In this document: piece after piece, positions 10,324 through 23,300 of the stretch
Layout: each line of letters opens with the position of its first letter
How positions within the stretch are numbered: position 1 is the stretch's first letter
Origin: Callorhinchus milii
Lineage: Eukaryota
Assembly: GCF_018977255.1 (NCBI RefSeq)
Contig: NW_024705529.1
Coordinates: forward strand, 1 to 36,407
Direction: 5' to 3'
DNA length: 36,407 nt
Made by a program: the position numbers and the translations under genes
Notes under the pieces: model-generated
Databases searched by the model: none
What the model saw: the letters and a program-made list of their open reading frames with translations, nothing else
What the model was told of the DNA's origin: nothing

Positions 10324-10927
10324 AGGTCAGGTGCTGTATTCATTGGGTCTGAATATGTTCATGAAGTCACAGCCTAAATCCACTCGACGACGCCTTGTGG
10401 AACTATACAAATTACTTGTTGATACCGCCTTGGCAAGCAGTGGTACACAAGCACGGATAACAATACAAACTCAACACACAAACAAAGCTACCCTTCTTCA
10501 CGTCTCGTAAATTTACGTGCCCACAACATTTAATAGATTTATTTTCATATTCTTGACGAATGTCTAGAGTTGTTTGTGCATATATTCAGTTCATTTCCAG
10601 GCCAGTGTACAGTATTTCATTGAAACATGTTCTTAGTCTATTCAACTAAAGCAATAAAACTAGTCCACTCATAGTTGTTTAATATTGGTGTGGGGTCCCA
10701 CTTTCCCCGCTACCCCCCCCCACCAGCGTGGTGAAACATGGTCAATTTATCGAGCAGTGGATAGACGAAGGATTATTTGATATTTTTTTGAACAACACCA
10801 ATCCCTCACAAGCTTGATGGTGTGAAAAAAATGTAAACAATGCTCTTAGGAGTCGTTTTTAACATTCACTCTGCTAGAGTCTTCCGAAACAGCAGAGACC
10901 GAGTGTCTGAGGTTGCTGCGCAGTGAG

Positions 10928-11034
10928 GAAATCGCGTCTCTCCCACTGGGGTGTTTGACAAACTGACCCAGCTCACTATTCTGGAACTGCAGTTCAACCA
11001 GCTGAACAGCGTTCCCAGGGACGCATTTGACAGA
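10928..11034 (+). other. VLRB: VLR donor cassette 3'LRRV-LRRVe (1-nt deletion at 5' edge)
   Basis: EIASL/ then TGVFDKLTQLTILELQFNQLNSVPRDAFDR; paralogue of 2156-2266. Confidence 0.88.
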
Positions 11035-11287
11035 GCCAGCACTGCCAGGCACGGATTCTGCTTTGTCGCTGGGAATAGGGATAAAGATGACGCTCGGCAC
11101 GAGTAGCGTTCAGTTTATAAAGCTACCGCGTTATTGAAATCCACGGTCATCGTCATGGTGTCCTCTAGTGCTTCAGGTTAGTCTGCAGTGTAACTGAACA
11201 TTCGTGAAGATTAAATGAGTGAATGTTGAAAATAATTAGAGCTGGTATTTATCGTTTACAGAAACTAGCATGTGCTGTGCGGGTTTA

Positions 11288-11317
11288 NNNNNNNNNNNNN
11301 NNNNNNNNNNNNNNNNN
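11288..11317. other. Assembly gap (30 N)
   Basis: Run of n characters. Confidence 0.99.
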
Positions 11318-14300
11318 AGAACGTTTCCATGCTCGCTCCGCGGAAGATAACCGTTCCTAGAAATCCATGAATTTGATACCCTTGTCGGATATATAGCCGG
11401 TATGCATTCATTCCTGTAGGTACCGGGGTGCAAAATGGTCAGATGGTGCTAAAGCTGGTTGGGGCGAAGGGTGTGAAACGCATATACTAGAATGCTACAA
11501 TTTCCCCAATCATAGTAACTATGGAGAATGAAACATATTGTAGCGACCGAAGAGGTACTGTTCGTGCCACGTAGCCGTATAGAGATACTTATTCACCTAC
11601 TTCGTATTGTCCGGAGAGACTGCGAGCAGATTCCCACGATGCACCTCACACTCGGTTACACTTGGGTTGATGCGGGATGTATACTTATCGATAGAGACAA
11701 CACCGTGGGAGAACAGCGAGACAGGAATGCGAGCCTCTGAACGCGATGATCACTTCGGACCTACGAGCAGCTTTTGGCTCTATTACTTGATCCTTAGACA
11801 TAACACCCGCATGTGGAAAAGAGTAATTCAAACACCAAACCGTTCTTTTGTTAGTTCGAGCGCCCTCAGTTTGATACAAGGCTGAAGCGGCACAAATGGA
11901 GCCGCGATGGGCCCCATGGCTGATTTGGGCATTTGCGGACGAAATGAGAGAAGATTAGTTCGCTCACGTGTTTCTGAGCACGTTGGTCTAAAGTTGACCG
12001 TTATATCGGTCATGTGTACGGTCGACAATCTCTCGCCTTAGCAGCTACCATACTAAGCATAACTATGGGACCGCCGGTCTTTAATCATCTACAACATACG
12101 ACTCTGGGACACAATTAGAATAGGTAAGCATCCTTCAGGGTTGTACTGGGTTCCATATTCGGCACCCACAGGCGGTAGTGCATTTTCTTCGGTGTGAGGC
12201 GTAAGTGAGAGGCTTAAAGGCAGATACAGTTCCGCATCGCCATAATACGTATCGAAGCATGATTGGCCGCTAAAAGGATATTTTTTACGAAATCCAGGCG
12301 GCAGTTACACACTCGGCCGGTAAAACGCAACAATCTTGCACGGAAGTATCTTGACGTTACTAACAGAGTCGATTTGTGCATTACAAGTGGGAACTTGTAT
12401 GATCTACACCCGGTCACCAATGGATAGTTTTTGTTCAAGCCGCATCGTGAGTCAGGAGGCTATATATATGGTGAATTGCCTGTGTGGCCATGTACTACTG
12501 TAGATAATACCGCCAAGTACTGGGTTGATACAAGGTATTGTACAGAGTGAAAGCCCCCGATGCCCGATCCCTCTTAACTGACATCCCGCGCGGGATTATT
12601 TATTGCCAGCGGTTCACCCATCTAATCGAACCTACAGTTGGGGTATATCTCAGGCGACCAAGTAGTCGTACTCTAGTTGAGTGTTAGAACGCGCCAAGGA
12701 ATCGGCAAAAGACGATCTTTCAACGCTGCTAATTCTGGCCACTCCTGTGGGTCTTTGCAAACTTAACGATACAACATTACGTATGGAATAGGTCCACTAG
12801 CACCGGTAACACTGTATTGCATCTGTGAGGTCTCGTAATAGCGCTCCTTTGGCCCTCGACCGTCACCCTAGTCCAGAACTAGTCGCCCCTAGCTTAATTG
12901 TTTCTTCACCACTGATTTCAGAAATGACCGAGGTGATGTCGTTGGCTTGGGCGGTTGTCTTGTAGCAGACTACAGGTCGTAGGCTTAGTATACAACGGCG
13001 CAGTGAGAGCACGAACCTGCTGCTGTAATTGTGAAATCATCTTAAGGCCAGATAATCGCTTCACCCCTTGCCAGTTCTTCAGAAGGACAGCGTAAATTTA
13101 GAATGGGAAGCAATTGTGAACGCCTAGTGATCCGAGCTGGTTATAGTGACATCACTGACTGGTGAAGCGTCGTGAGAAACTTCTGCGTAAGTGCCCAGCC
13201 ACGCTTCCCCGATGACGTTGGTTCAGTCGACCACAAGTCAGAGGAGTAAACAAAAACACAAGTGCTTACCAAGCTTTATTTTGCCTCGACTTTATGACTG
13301 AGTCGTGTTAAGTTCCCTAACAATGTGTACTAACATATATTCACGGCTTCCTTGGATTAACGAATCAGCTTCGTCCTATCTCGCATTAAAGCTCATGGTT
13401 GTGCTAGTAGAGTCAAGACCTCATTTACCAGCAGTGAGATAGTAAGTTGCCCGGATCTACCCTTTAGTTTCGCGCAGTCATAATATGGACTATCCTACTA
13501 AAACCATTACAGTTTTTTAATGTATCCATACTTACACGGGGTCTGAATAGGAGTCTGCTAGTGCTTCGAGAAACGGAGGAGGGTTAATACGCATTGGCTA
13601 CGAGTCAAGGGACCACACGTGGAAGAGGCGATATGCAACCAAGATCACGATGCGTTTAAAGCCCCATCGGATCCGTGTGCCCTGTGCCATGCTCGATTCA
13701 TTGTTGGAAGAGCAAAACCTGTCATTGTATATTCACTAAACTGGGCATGTTACTCGCCCTCCTGCGAGACGATCAGAATCAGTACGCGTTGCCGTTTTGT
13801 TGGCATAGAGTAGCCTACCCCACCGAAACCTTACCTGTCAGAATTCAGTTAAGATCGAGTCCAATCAGGTGTGTTACACCCTAACATCTTATTCTACAAC
13901 TGTAATGCGAAAAATGATAGAACGACGCAGTTCCCGGTCTTGAACTCACGCGGGATAGAGCTTTACAGGGAGTTACCAATGCTGGGCGCCCGATATCAAA
14001 AGTCGCGGGGCACTAGACATGCGGTGCGTCTTCGACTTGTTTGCTTTCGCGGGAGTCGCGGAGGGAGCTTCCTGCGAAGGTCGTCGGCGCGCCTGCCCAG
14101 ACGTCTAGGCTGAGAAATTCATCTAACATCAAAACCTAGGTCCAGCGGTGGTACTTTAGCAAAGGACCACAGGGCAGAGGCCTACGGCTACGCATCCTAG
14201 CCGAGTTCTATACTCGAGTCCGGCCGTGACCCATAGAGGTTACAAGGATAGGTTGACGAAGAGGCACATTATAACATAATCTACGCGGCCGCGGTCTTCT

Positions 14301-17300
14301 AGCACAAATCTAGGTTAGTTAGCTCGATCGGACAGTCTAGTGACAGTGTTCGGGTTGCTCGTGTCACTGACATCCTTGACTAATATAGTGCTTCATCGAA
14401 CCGAATTACCAGTTCGCGAAGGGCTACTGTCGAGGACTGGCCTTTTAATACGCCGCCGGTCTCGCTTATCTTGTTATCCGGTACGAAAGGCCAACACTAA
14501 ACGGTGGCTCTGAACATATCCGTATGCTGTGGTACTAGCCAGCCTCTAAGAGTCAAGGCCTCTTCCCGAGCGGAATGGCCCCTCTCTTGCGTAAGTACCT
14601 ATTAACGGTAATACTTGGCTGCCATAGAATTAACGGCAAAGTGGCGCTGCGGATGCACCACAGAAATGGACCTCCACGGAATTTTGAGTAGCCAAACCCA
14701 TTGCGTGTTTGGCTCCTCTACACGGGGCCCCGGATCTACGAGGTATAGGACCGCAGGAGGCTGTGTCATGCTGGCCAGGGTCCGTGGAAGCGAATACTCA
14801 TGGGAGGTACTTACCGTCGTATGACTCTATATGGGCCCATAGACCCTACGACTCAAACTGTTGGGCCCCCCTGAAAGCAAGTCAGGGTCAAGATTGAAGG
14901 GTTGTTACTCTGGCTATGTTAGGCTGTATTTATAAAAATCCTCCCCAGTTTATAAACCGTACCAGTCCGAAACTACAAAGGCAGACTTGTACTTATAATC
15001 AATACGACCCTAAAGCGGACCCATCCCCTGTTGGTGTTATGTGCGGATTTCAGGGCTATGTTACCCCCGCAATGTACTTCCCTATAAACCGTTGCACGGC
15101 CTATATCCCGGGCAATTCGAGGAGTGAATGATCCCGGAGATTCGCTGGGCACCCCACCAATCGCTCCAAGTTGAGGAGGATACTCGAACACAGCACGCTG
15201 GCATCCAGAACTTTCAAAAATGCCTCGGCACTCACACTCGCCACCTGCTAAATGAAGGTCAAGTAACTGGTCGATTCCGTGGGTATTGTGTTTGCTGATA
15301 ATTCAGGTTATGGCTAACATTCTAGCTCGGCAATAATGGACTAGAGGTTCAGAAATTAGCTGCCATAATTTAACCTTAGCTACTTAGGTATAACGGTACG
15401 ACCCTATTTAGTCTATTGGCTATCCCATCTGTGAACTCGATTCAGAATTAACAAGTGAATAACATTATACCGCTATGTGACATGCGACTACGACTCCGGC
15501 TATCACTTAACGCGCTTTTGCGGAAGGTCACACGCTTAAGTGCTTTTTATCGCGGCTTTCAGCCTAACCTCATAGGACACGTCATAGCAATATCCAGCCT
15601 CAACACCAACCGCAGCGCCGGCAAACGTATGAATCGCCCATGGAAACCATCGAGTTAGTGTGAAAAAGTAAATAATTAGATAGCACAAGTCATTCAGCCG
15701 GGCACGGTATGCAGCCTAGAGACCATACGAATTCAATCGCGGACCCCCCTGGTTCGAATGCTACGGTAATGGGTGCACATGCATGCATATCAGAACTATT
15801 ATTAGCCGTATCGCCTGCACATCCGGGCATGTCGAAGGCATACGAGAGGACGAAGTAAGACGCCACGACATTCGTAGACAACGCTGTGGAGTGCCGGGAC
15901 TCGGAATTCACGCGTACTAGCCAGAGGCTGCGGCTATATGATGTTCCACGCGACCGCTATTAGCGTGCAATGGCCGAAGCACAAGGAAGATCATACAGCG
16001 ATCGAGCCTGCAGAGGGCGGAGCTTTTGAGGCAAAACGTCCGCACAGGATTGAGCTTTTGTACGCATCCATACATAGAATGCTTGCAACACAAGTATTCG
16101 TTGTAATCGTCTAAGCCCGTGAAGACAGACAGACCCCAGTGTTCTGCCGGGAGTTGCTGCAGCACATGCCCTGAGTGCCCTCCATATTGAGTGGAGCAGG
16201 GGTTGGACATCCTACGTTAGAAAGCGAATTGAGTGGCTGCTCACGAGAGGAGACGTCCAGTCTTACCCCACTAACAACAGTCGGGAAAATTAAATCCGTC
16301 CTCTTCCACCCCGAGGGACGGGTAATTGTCTGACGAGTACAGGCTCTCCGCCCGTGAAAATACCATGCAGTCAGTTCGACGGTAGCCACTGTATCCTGTA
16401 TTGTAGCCTGGCGCTGTAGTTACTTCGTCCTAGATCGAGATATGGACGTCTGAGTGCACTTGCCCCCGGCGCGGGCCCCTTTTACATAGGTGAACCTGTG
16501 AGCGTCCATGTCGAATTGCGCTCATCACACGTCAGCCTAAAAAACGTGGATGTTGCGGGCCTTGAATGAGTTTCATTGTTCGTTCTCTGAGTTAAATAAA
16601 GGTACCCAGTCGTGACAGCTCTCACAGGCTGGCGGTCTAGATCATGTTCAAACCGTTGGCTTAGTCACACCGCAACCAATTTAGTGCACTGTTATACACT
16701 TCCGAGCTCGACGGTTACGTGCGGATAGACGTGAGCTCTAGGTCTGTTCTCCATAGTCGACCGTCGGCATAGTCTTGACGCAATATGTGTTAAGATGCGA
16801 GTTGCACTGGTAATCAGAGCAGACCCGATTGACGAGTTCATCGTGCGTCACGGGACGTACTGCGCCTGTGTTTTCACTACTCAAAACTCGTGAAGTCTAG
16901 GTGTCATTGCGCCAAGAGGCAAAGACACGCATTCGGTCCTGAAGAACGTAAACGACTCAGTGACCTCTGAACAGCTTAGATGTAGGGCATAGGCTACCAC
17001 ATCGTACCGGAGAAAGGAAAAAACTGGCGGATGCTTTTCTCTATGGTCAGCCCTTCATAAGCGAAGCGAGCCATCCTAAGTGGTAGAAAAAAAGTGTTAG
17101 CTATGTAATAGCGACTTTCGAGGTAGCGCGGTAGATGTGGAGAGATTTGCCCCGCCCGGTCACCCGGTAGACCGCATGACTTTGGAGATTGCATGGTGTC
17201 GTCGAGAGATTGATCAGGAGCACGAACCTCCTAATGTCGAGCCACCTCTGCACACGATAGGAGAACCGGGTCATATTGGCGGGATACGCGAGCCTTAAGA

Positions 17301-20300
17301 CGTGCCGTCGCAGTCGGGGAAATGATGGCGTTTTGGAATGATCGGATGCACTTAAACTAAAATGTATAGTGTAATCGTAGTAGATCATTTAATTCCGGCG
17401 TGCCTACCCCGTCAAAGGGTACATGTGACGCCAAAAGGTCGACGACTCACACCCTTTGTACAGTTGGTGTGCGAGAAACGAATAGTCCGACGTTTTTAGG
17501 TTGGCGTGGAATATGGGCCCCTCCATTTCTCAAAAGAACAGGGACGTCCCACTTGATCATTTCAGGGGTCGTCGTAGAGACGGCCAACGCTACAAGCCCG
17601 AACATCGTTTTCTTCGATATCAGAGTAGTACAACTATCATTCCACGTTATCGCTACGCTTGGCTGAACGCCGAATGCACATCTCGAGGCATCCGAAGATT
17701 GTGGTCCCGCCGATTGGCATCTTCCCCTACAAGTCGGCTCCCAATGATTTCAAGAACTTTGAATATTGTGGAATCCCAACTAATCGTGTCGCCTTAAGGT
17801 GCCACGCCCGTTCCTGTGTCACCAGGATTTTATAGTTCCGTCTCGATTTGCTGGGAGCTCGGAGATTGCGCCGAAGTTTAACAGAACACCCGTTCCGCTG
17901 ACCTGCGATTGTCTACTTACGTGTCTCTCTGTCAGCGAGGTTGTCCGAAGTATAAATACAGGATTTGAACCCCGCCTTCTTAGTCAGAAGGCTTATGCAG
18001 ATTTGTGTGGGTGCTTGGTACGTATACGGACTGCGGATTTGACGCGTTGATAAAGTAGCACCCGATGCTGTGCCTGGCAAGTATGGGCCGACCAACAGTA
18101 TTCATATAACACACAAATCCTTCACGAGATGCCACTCGCGGTCCGGTTAATCCACAGATGATTTAGATATACTTTTAGGTCCATCTGTCTCGCCACTTCC
18201 GGCCAACGACCGTGCGATATGCTCCTTACATGGATCTGAGTCAGGTGAATTTCAAAGCCTACAGCATTCCGCCTCGTCCGCTATTAAGTACCATTCATTT
18301 TTTGACTTTGGTACACCCATTTTGCGAATTCGAAAAAGGCCCTTTAAGTCGCCTCCATGCGCTTCCGGACCTGTGCGCGGTAACAACCGAAAACTCTGTA
18401 GACGGCCCCCGTCATATCAGCATACAGCTAGGTCTGTTGTAGGGAGTAGAACGTGCCAGTTAGCCGTAATCGGATGGTTCAGACTGAACGACAGTCCCAT
18501 CTGCCTAATATAACTTGATGTAAGGTTACTGTAATTTCTTTTGTCCATCGGACTTCACGACGTTAGGTTGGTGCCCATTCCAAGTAATTCACTCAAGAAA
18601 AAGTACGGTGTTCCGTACCGGAATTCACCGTAGTAGACTGTCCAATTCCGTTCAGGGGGTCGTATAATGGTTTGAGAGTCTCTAGCCGTGCTTATCACCA
18701 TTACCTGTATAAAATCTCTGATCAGTGATATAGGGCATGAGATTTAATCATCTGGTTCATGCGCGATTCGCAGACACTCAATTGATGTTTCCTGTGGCGC
18801 GTGCTCTTGTGTTCCATTAGTCGTAGATGAGTCACCCACAATCTGCGCCGAGCCTGTTAATCAAGGACCCGGAATCCCCCTCATGATTGCGATTCGGGAC
18901 CGAAAGTGCGCTTTGGTCAGCATTCCTGGAGCCGTTGGGCCGTCATGATTGTAATAGGACTACTTTGAACAGCGATTGGCAGCGAATCGTTAAACCTCCA
19001 TAACGGTATGATACAGCACATCCTTCGGCCTAAGGGAGCGTACGATGCCGCATTAGACCCTACGCCGTTTCGATGAGGTTCTTTCACTCCTTACCTGAAA
19101 CTACGGTGGTTGGTTGGGTTCTCTACCAAAAGACGGTAGTATCCCTTCTCATCAGACGACCATGCAGGAACGTTCAGCACTTATACTTGTCCCGGCCGGC
19201 TAGTAAATGGGGAAACGCATGTTGGACCACGTCCAAAATCCCACTCCCGTTAAACACATTATCAGCAACTGGTGTGAGGACCCCACACTACGTATGACAA
19301 GGTTGCTCACAAAACAAATCAAATATCGCTTTTAAGCAAGGATAAACTTGTGGCCATATGAAGATTGGTGGAAGATCTGGATCCCGTTCATAAATACACA
19401 TTCATTCCACAATTGATCCGTAGGTCCTATACAGGGATGTCCTCATGTTTTTGGTCTGATGTGTAGCAAGCTCCACTTGATCCCCGGGTAGTTCGTATAA
19501 ACCTAACGTACAGACTTGACCGCGGGATGAGTAGCATAACAAACGTTGCAACAGCTTCGAATCGAGCCGCGACATATGGCCAAGGAGATTAAAATCGCGG
19601 CTGGGCGGTATAGTTGACGTTTTCAGAGTCTTGCAAAACCACTGAATCTTCACAACGCTTTCAAGCACTCCCGTACGCGATCTCTACGAGCCGTAGAAGC
19701 CTTTATTAATTGCTATGTTCGGGCTGTTCCGCCACATTTATGTTGCCTTTTCAAAACCCCAGCCAACAGTAATAAAACACGGTAAGCATTGATCCACGGG
19801 GGGTCAAATTGATGGTCCGAACTGGGTTAGAGCACTATGAATTCCTATAAAACTATGCATCCAAATCGACCTGGTCATCCATTGCGCGAACTTTGACCTC
19901 TGAATCAAGTATCAGATATGGTTATTGAAAGGCTTTTTGGAGATCATATTCTCATACTTGCAGACGATGGCGCATGGTATAGCAGTCTATGACACCAGAG
20001 ACCGTGGTTCGTTGTCACTGAATCAGTAGGAGAATGTTCCAATACAGTCTCAGCATGCAATGGTAGGTCCGGAGTTCTTAGTGTATAATCGATCCGGCAG
20101 GTGGCGGGGCGCGGGAGTGAGTTGTCTGTGGGTGAGAAATCCTTAATCGAAAATATGAGCTTGCAGGGCGCTCTTTTAGAGGCAGCGTACAACCCGACTG
20201 AGGATGTTTTGTCGTGGGTTTCACCAAACAACCTCACAACCCGCCGGTTGAATGTATACTACAGGTTCCAACGATCTGCGGATGCGTCCATGGCGAGTGA

Positions 20301-23300
20301 TCCTCGGTCCAGTGAGGCGCGCCAAACCAAACCATGACGTCCTCTTTAGAAGGTATTAGCCGTGATTGAGTGAGTTCCGAGTTTATCTAGGTAAGAGAGT
20401 CCGTAAAGCACCATGGCCTACGAAACACTAGCCAACTAAGGATCTTGCAATCCGACCTCCACTGAATTATAGGGCTACCCTAGACCAGATGATACAAAAG
20501 TAGTGAGCGGGTCCACTAGGGTTGATTGAATTTAGTCTTACTGCGTTGTGGTACCATAGTCAACGAACCGCAATATAAGGACGTAGGCTCCATCCTATTC
20601 CTACGAGCGGAGGTGTTCAGTGCACCCGGGTACTGCAGTACATGACAGTATTTAACATGGTGAAACTCCCCAGCGATGAATGTTGAAATGGTACCAAGCA
20701 TGCATAAGATCTCGTCGTTACACGCATAACGCAGCTTTGTCGACGGGCTCTACCAATCCTTTCACACGCATGCGCGTCAGAAAGACTAACGCTAAAGCTT
20801 ATCTAGGTTTGTCGCTTACGTGGCATGTCCCGTTCAGATTCACTATCAAGGCTGACTTTAGCCCGAGGTGAGGGTCAATTCCGGCGTGCTTCGTGTGCCC
20901 ATTCTTGGCGGGGCTCAAGAAGCATTTTGTAGTTGAAACGTATCGATCAAAGTCCACCTTAGGCTTCATGTTATTCAGGAGTACGCGAGGGAGTGAGCGA
21001 ACCTAACAGTTCGCAGAATGGAGGCGCCCCTACACTCAGGAAACAGCTGAGACGAGGTACGCTCTGTGCGCACCTTCACGCCACAAGTCTGGTGTGGTTC
21101 AGCAAGACGAGTGCGCATACTTCCAATTAGACGCATCAACTATACCTACTACTTGGAGATGGATAAATCTTTCGGCGTCACAGAACCGACTAGGCTTCCG
21201 CGAACCAACGGCTGTGCGGGCCATCAACTAGCGGTAGCGACGGCCCGAAGTAGCAATATTACTGGGCGGTCTCTGTGCTGCACTGCGCTGAATGTTGAGG
21301 CATTTGCGATATCGAGGAAGCAAGTTGCCAAATAATAGCGCGAACTACTGATGGATAGAAGAGATCGCAGGTCCATAGTTTACCCGGTAATTGGACCCCT
21401 TCCAAAGTCGGGGCGTCGTTGATGGTTGGTGCAAATACCAGTAATCCACAATCGGGACCACCAACCTCTGCCCAAAGGGAACAACACTATGAATTAGACA
21501 TTTTCCACGCACCGCACGTTGGCTGCGGGGAGCCTAAAGGTATTATACGATGCTATGATTGTGCTGTATCACATTCAATCCTAGTGGCTAGAGTCTCCAT
21601 ATTTATAAAGCGCAGCCCCAAATTAGATTGACCACGCACTTCGCTTACTCGGTATGTGTGACAGCCGGTAAAGCAACCCATGGTCTTCGACATCTGACCC
21701 TGGCGGCGAGGTATAATGTAAGGTAGGTCGGCCTGTCCCACGCACTAGTGAGGGGGCTCAGAATCATCCCATAAGCCGTCAGCGTTATGAATCCAACCCG
21801 GCCTCGTTCGATCCGTGATCGAGTCCGTAGGAAGAACCGCAAAACCATTAGGCTGCCCGACACTAAAACGCACTCCTTAAGCGGAGGCCGAAGATTCACT
21901 ATGTGTGGTTCGGCTTTAAGTGTTTATGCAGATTGGCGAGGTTGAGCTGGGCCATATGTCAATGGAATGAAAGCCCGTATAGAGACCAGCATTGTAGTAC
22001 ACATTGGCCGTGTAGCTCAGTGTTCCCCTCCGAGATATGTAGGGGACGCCTCGAGCTCTGCCCAGAGTTCTGATAAGATACACGATAATACTGGTGTGTT
22101 CGTCTGTTGTCTTCAGCCGGTTGCAAACCTCGATAACGAAGACGCGGTGGTTCGAGGCCACGCCAATGTGCTAGATGAACAACGGAATATGTTACTGAGT
22201 ATCATGGTGTAAGTACCTAGGATGAGAGTCCCAGTTATCACCACGTAATACAACCACATAGCATGACATGTGAATTCCTCTAGTGGCGAGCGGCGGCGTC
22301 TACGGCCTCGACTCGGAGCTCGAGGGCTTCGATGAATGTAAAAGCGCGAGGATCTCATACAACGTTGATTCGGTTGCAACAAAGGCATCCACAGATGCCG
22401 GATCATGTCTTGAACTGCGGCACCACTAAGTATGCCGGGCTCCGTGTCCGCCACGGAAGTCTAAACTTCATACCAAACTTTAAGAATCAAGTTAGGTGGA
22501 TAACATCTCATGGAACATCGCTAAGCACTGACCGTTCGAGTAAAGTCACTGCAGTGTGGAGCAGACGTATCGTCGTCTCTACAGTACGGGACTGGGGCTT
22601 GGAATTTGCGCATACCGGTGCTTTTTTTCATTAGCCATATTTTATCACTTGTTATATCGAAAGAGGCGGTACTCACGCACGTAATCTCACTTTGTGCATG
22701 CCGTGCGATTTCTACGTACCGATACCCTCCTCCATGCTGACTTCGTATGCTTTCGAAGACTCACATGTGCCGCGGCACATTGGCTCGTAGTAAACACTGG
22801 AGACGTTTCGCCTTGGGGATAAATCGGGCTTCGAAGAACCATCAAAACGAACTATAGTCTACAGATTTAGTAGCGTGGAGTGTACCTCCTGATACCGCGC
22901 AGTCTGGGAAGGTCTTAAGGACTTCACTCGCGTTCGGTTTTACGACGGTCTGAATAATGCGTCTTAAATGACGAGCGGACCTTAATTCCTGCCATCTAAA
23001 GCGCTATGGAGCAACCTTACTGAGTGTTAGTAGGAGCTTTTACACCTGAACTTGGCTTGTCCAGGTAGTTATACCTGAAGCGGAACAACAAGATCTTCCG
23101 TACGCGTCCTGGTGCTCGAAAAGAGTTCTATTCTTAGTCGTGATTCCAATGAAGATACCGAGGCGGGTCGGGGGTCTGTGTCGTGTGCTAGGGTTGTTTT
23201 ACGAAGTATGATGAACTGGAGGATCTCCACTCTGTCAGTCTACATAAAGATAGTTCGCACGCAAATAACACGCAAACTTAAGCCAGGCCTGGACAAGCAG

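Larger units (their letters stand above)
10288..11287 (+). repeat. Segmental duplication copy 2 (runs into the assembly gap)
   Basis: Colinear with 1134-2537 minus the inverted-repeat insertion. Confidence 0.9.

Noticed and set aside
18604..18632. Bulged hairpin TACGGTG-TTCCG/CGGAA-CACCGTA
   Set aside because: Single short hairpin in a featureless block with no supporting context
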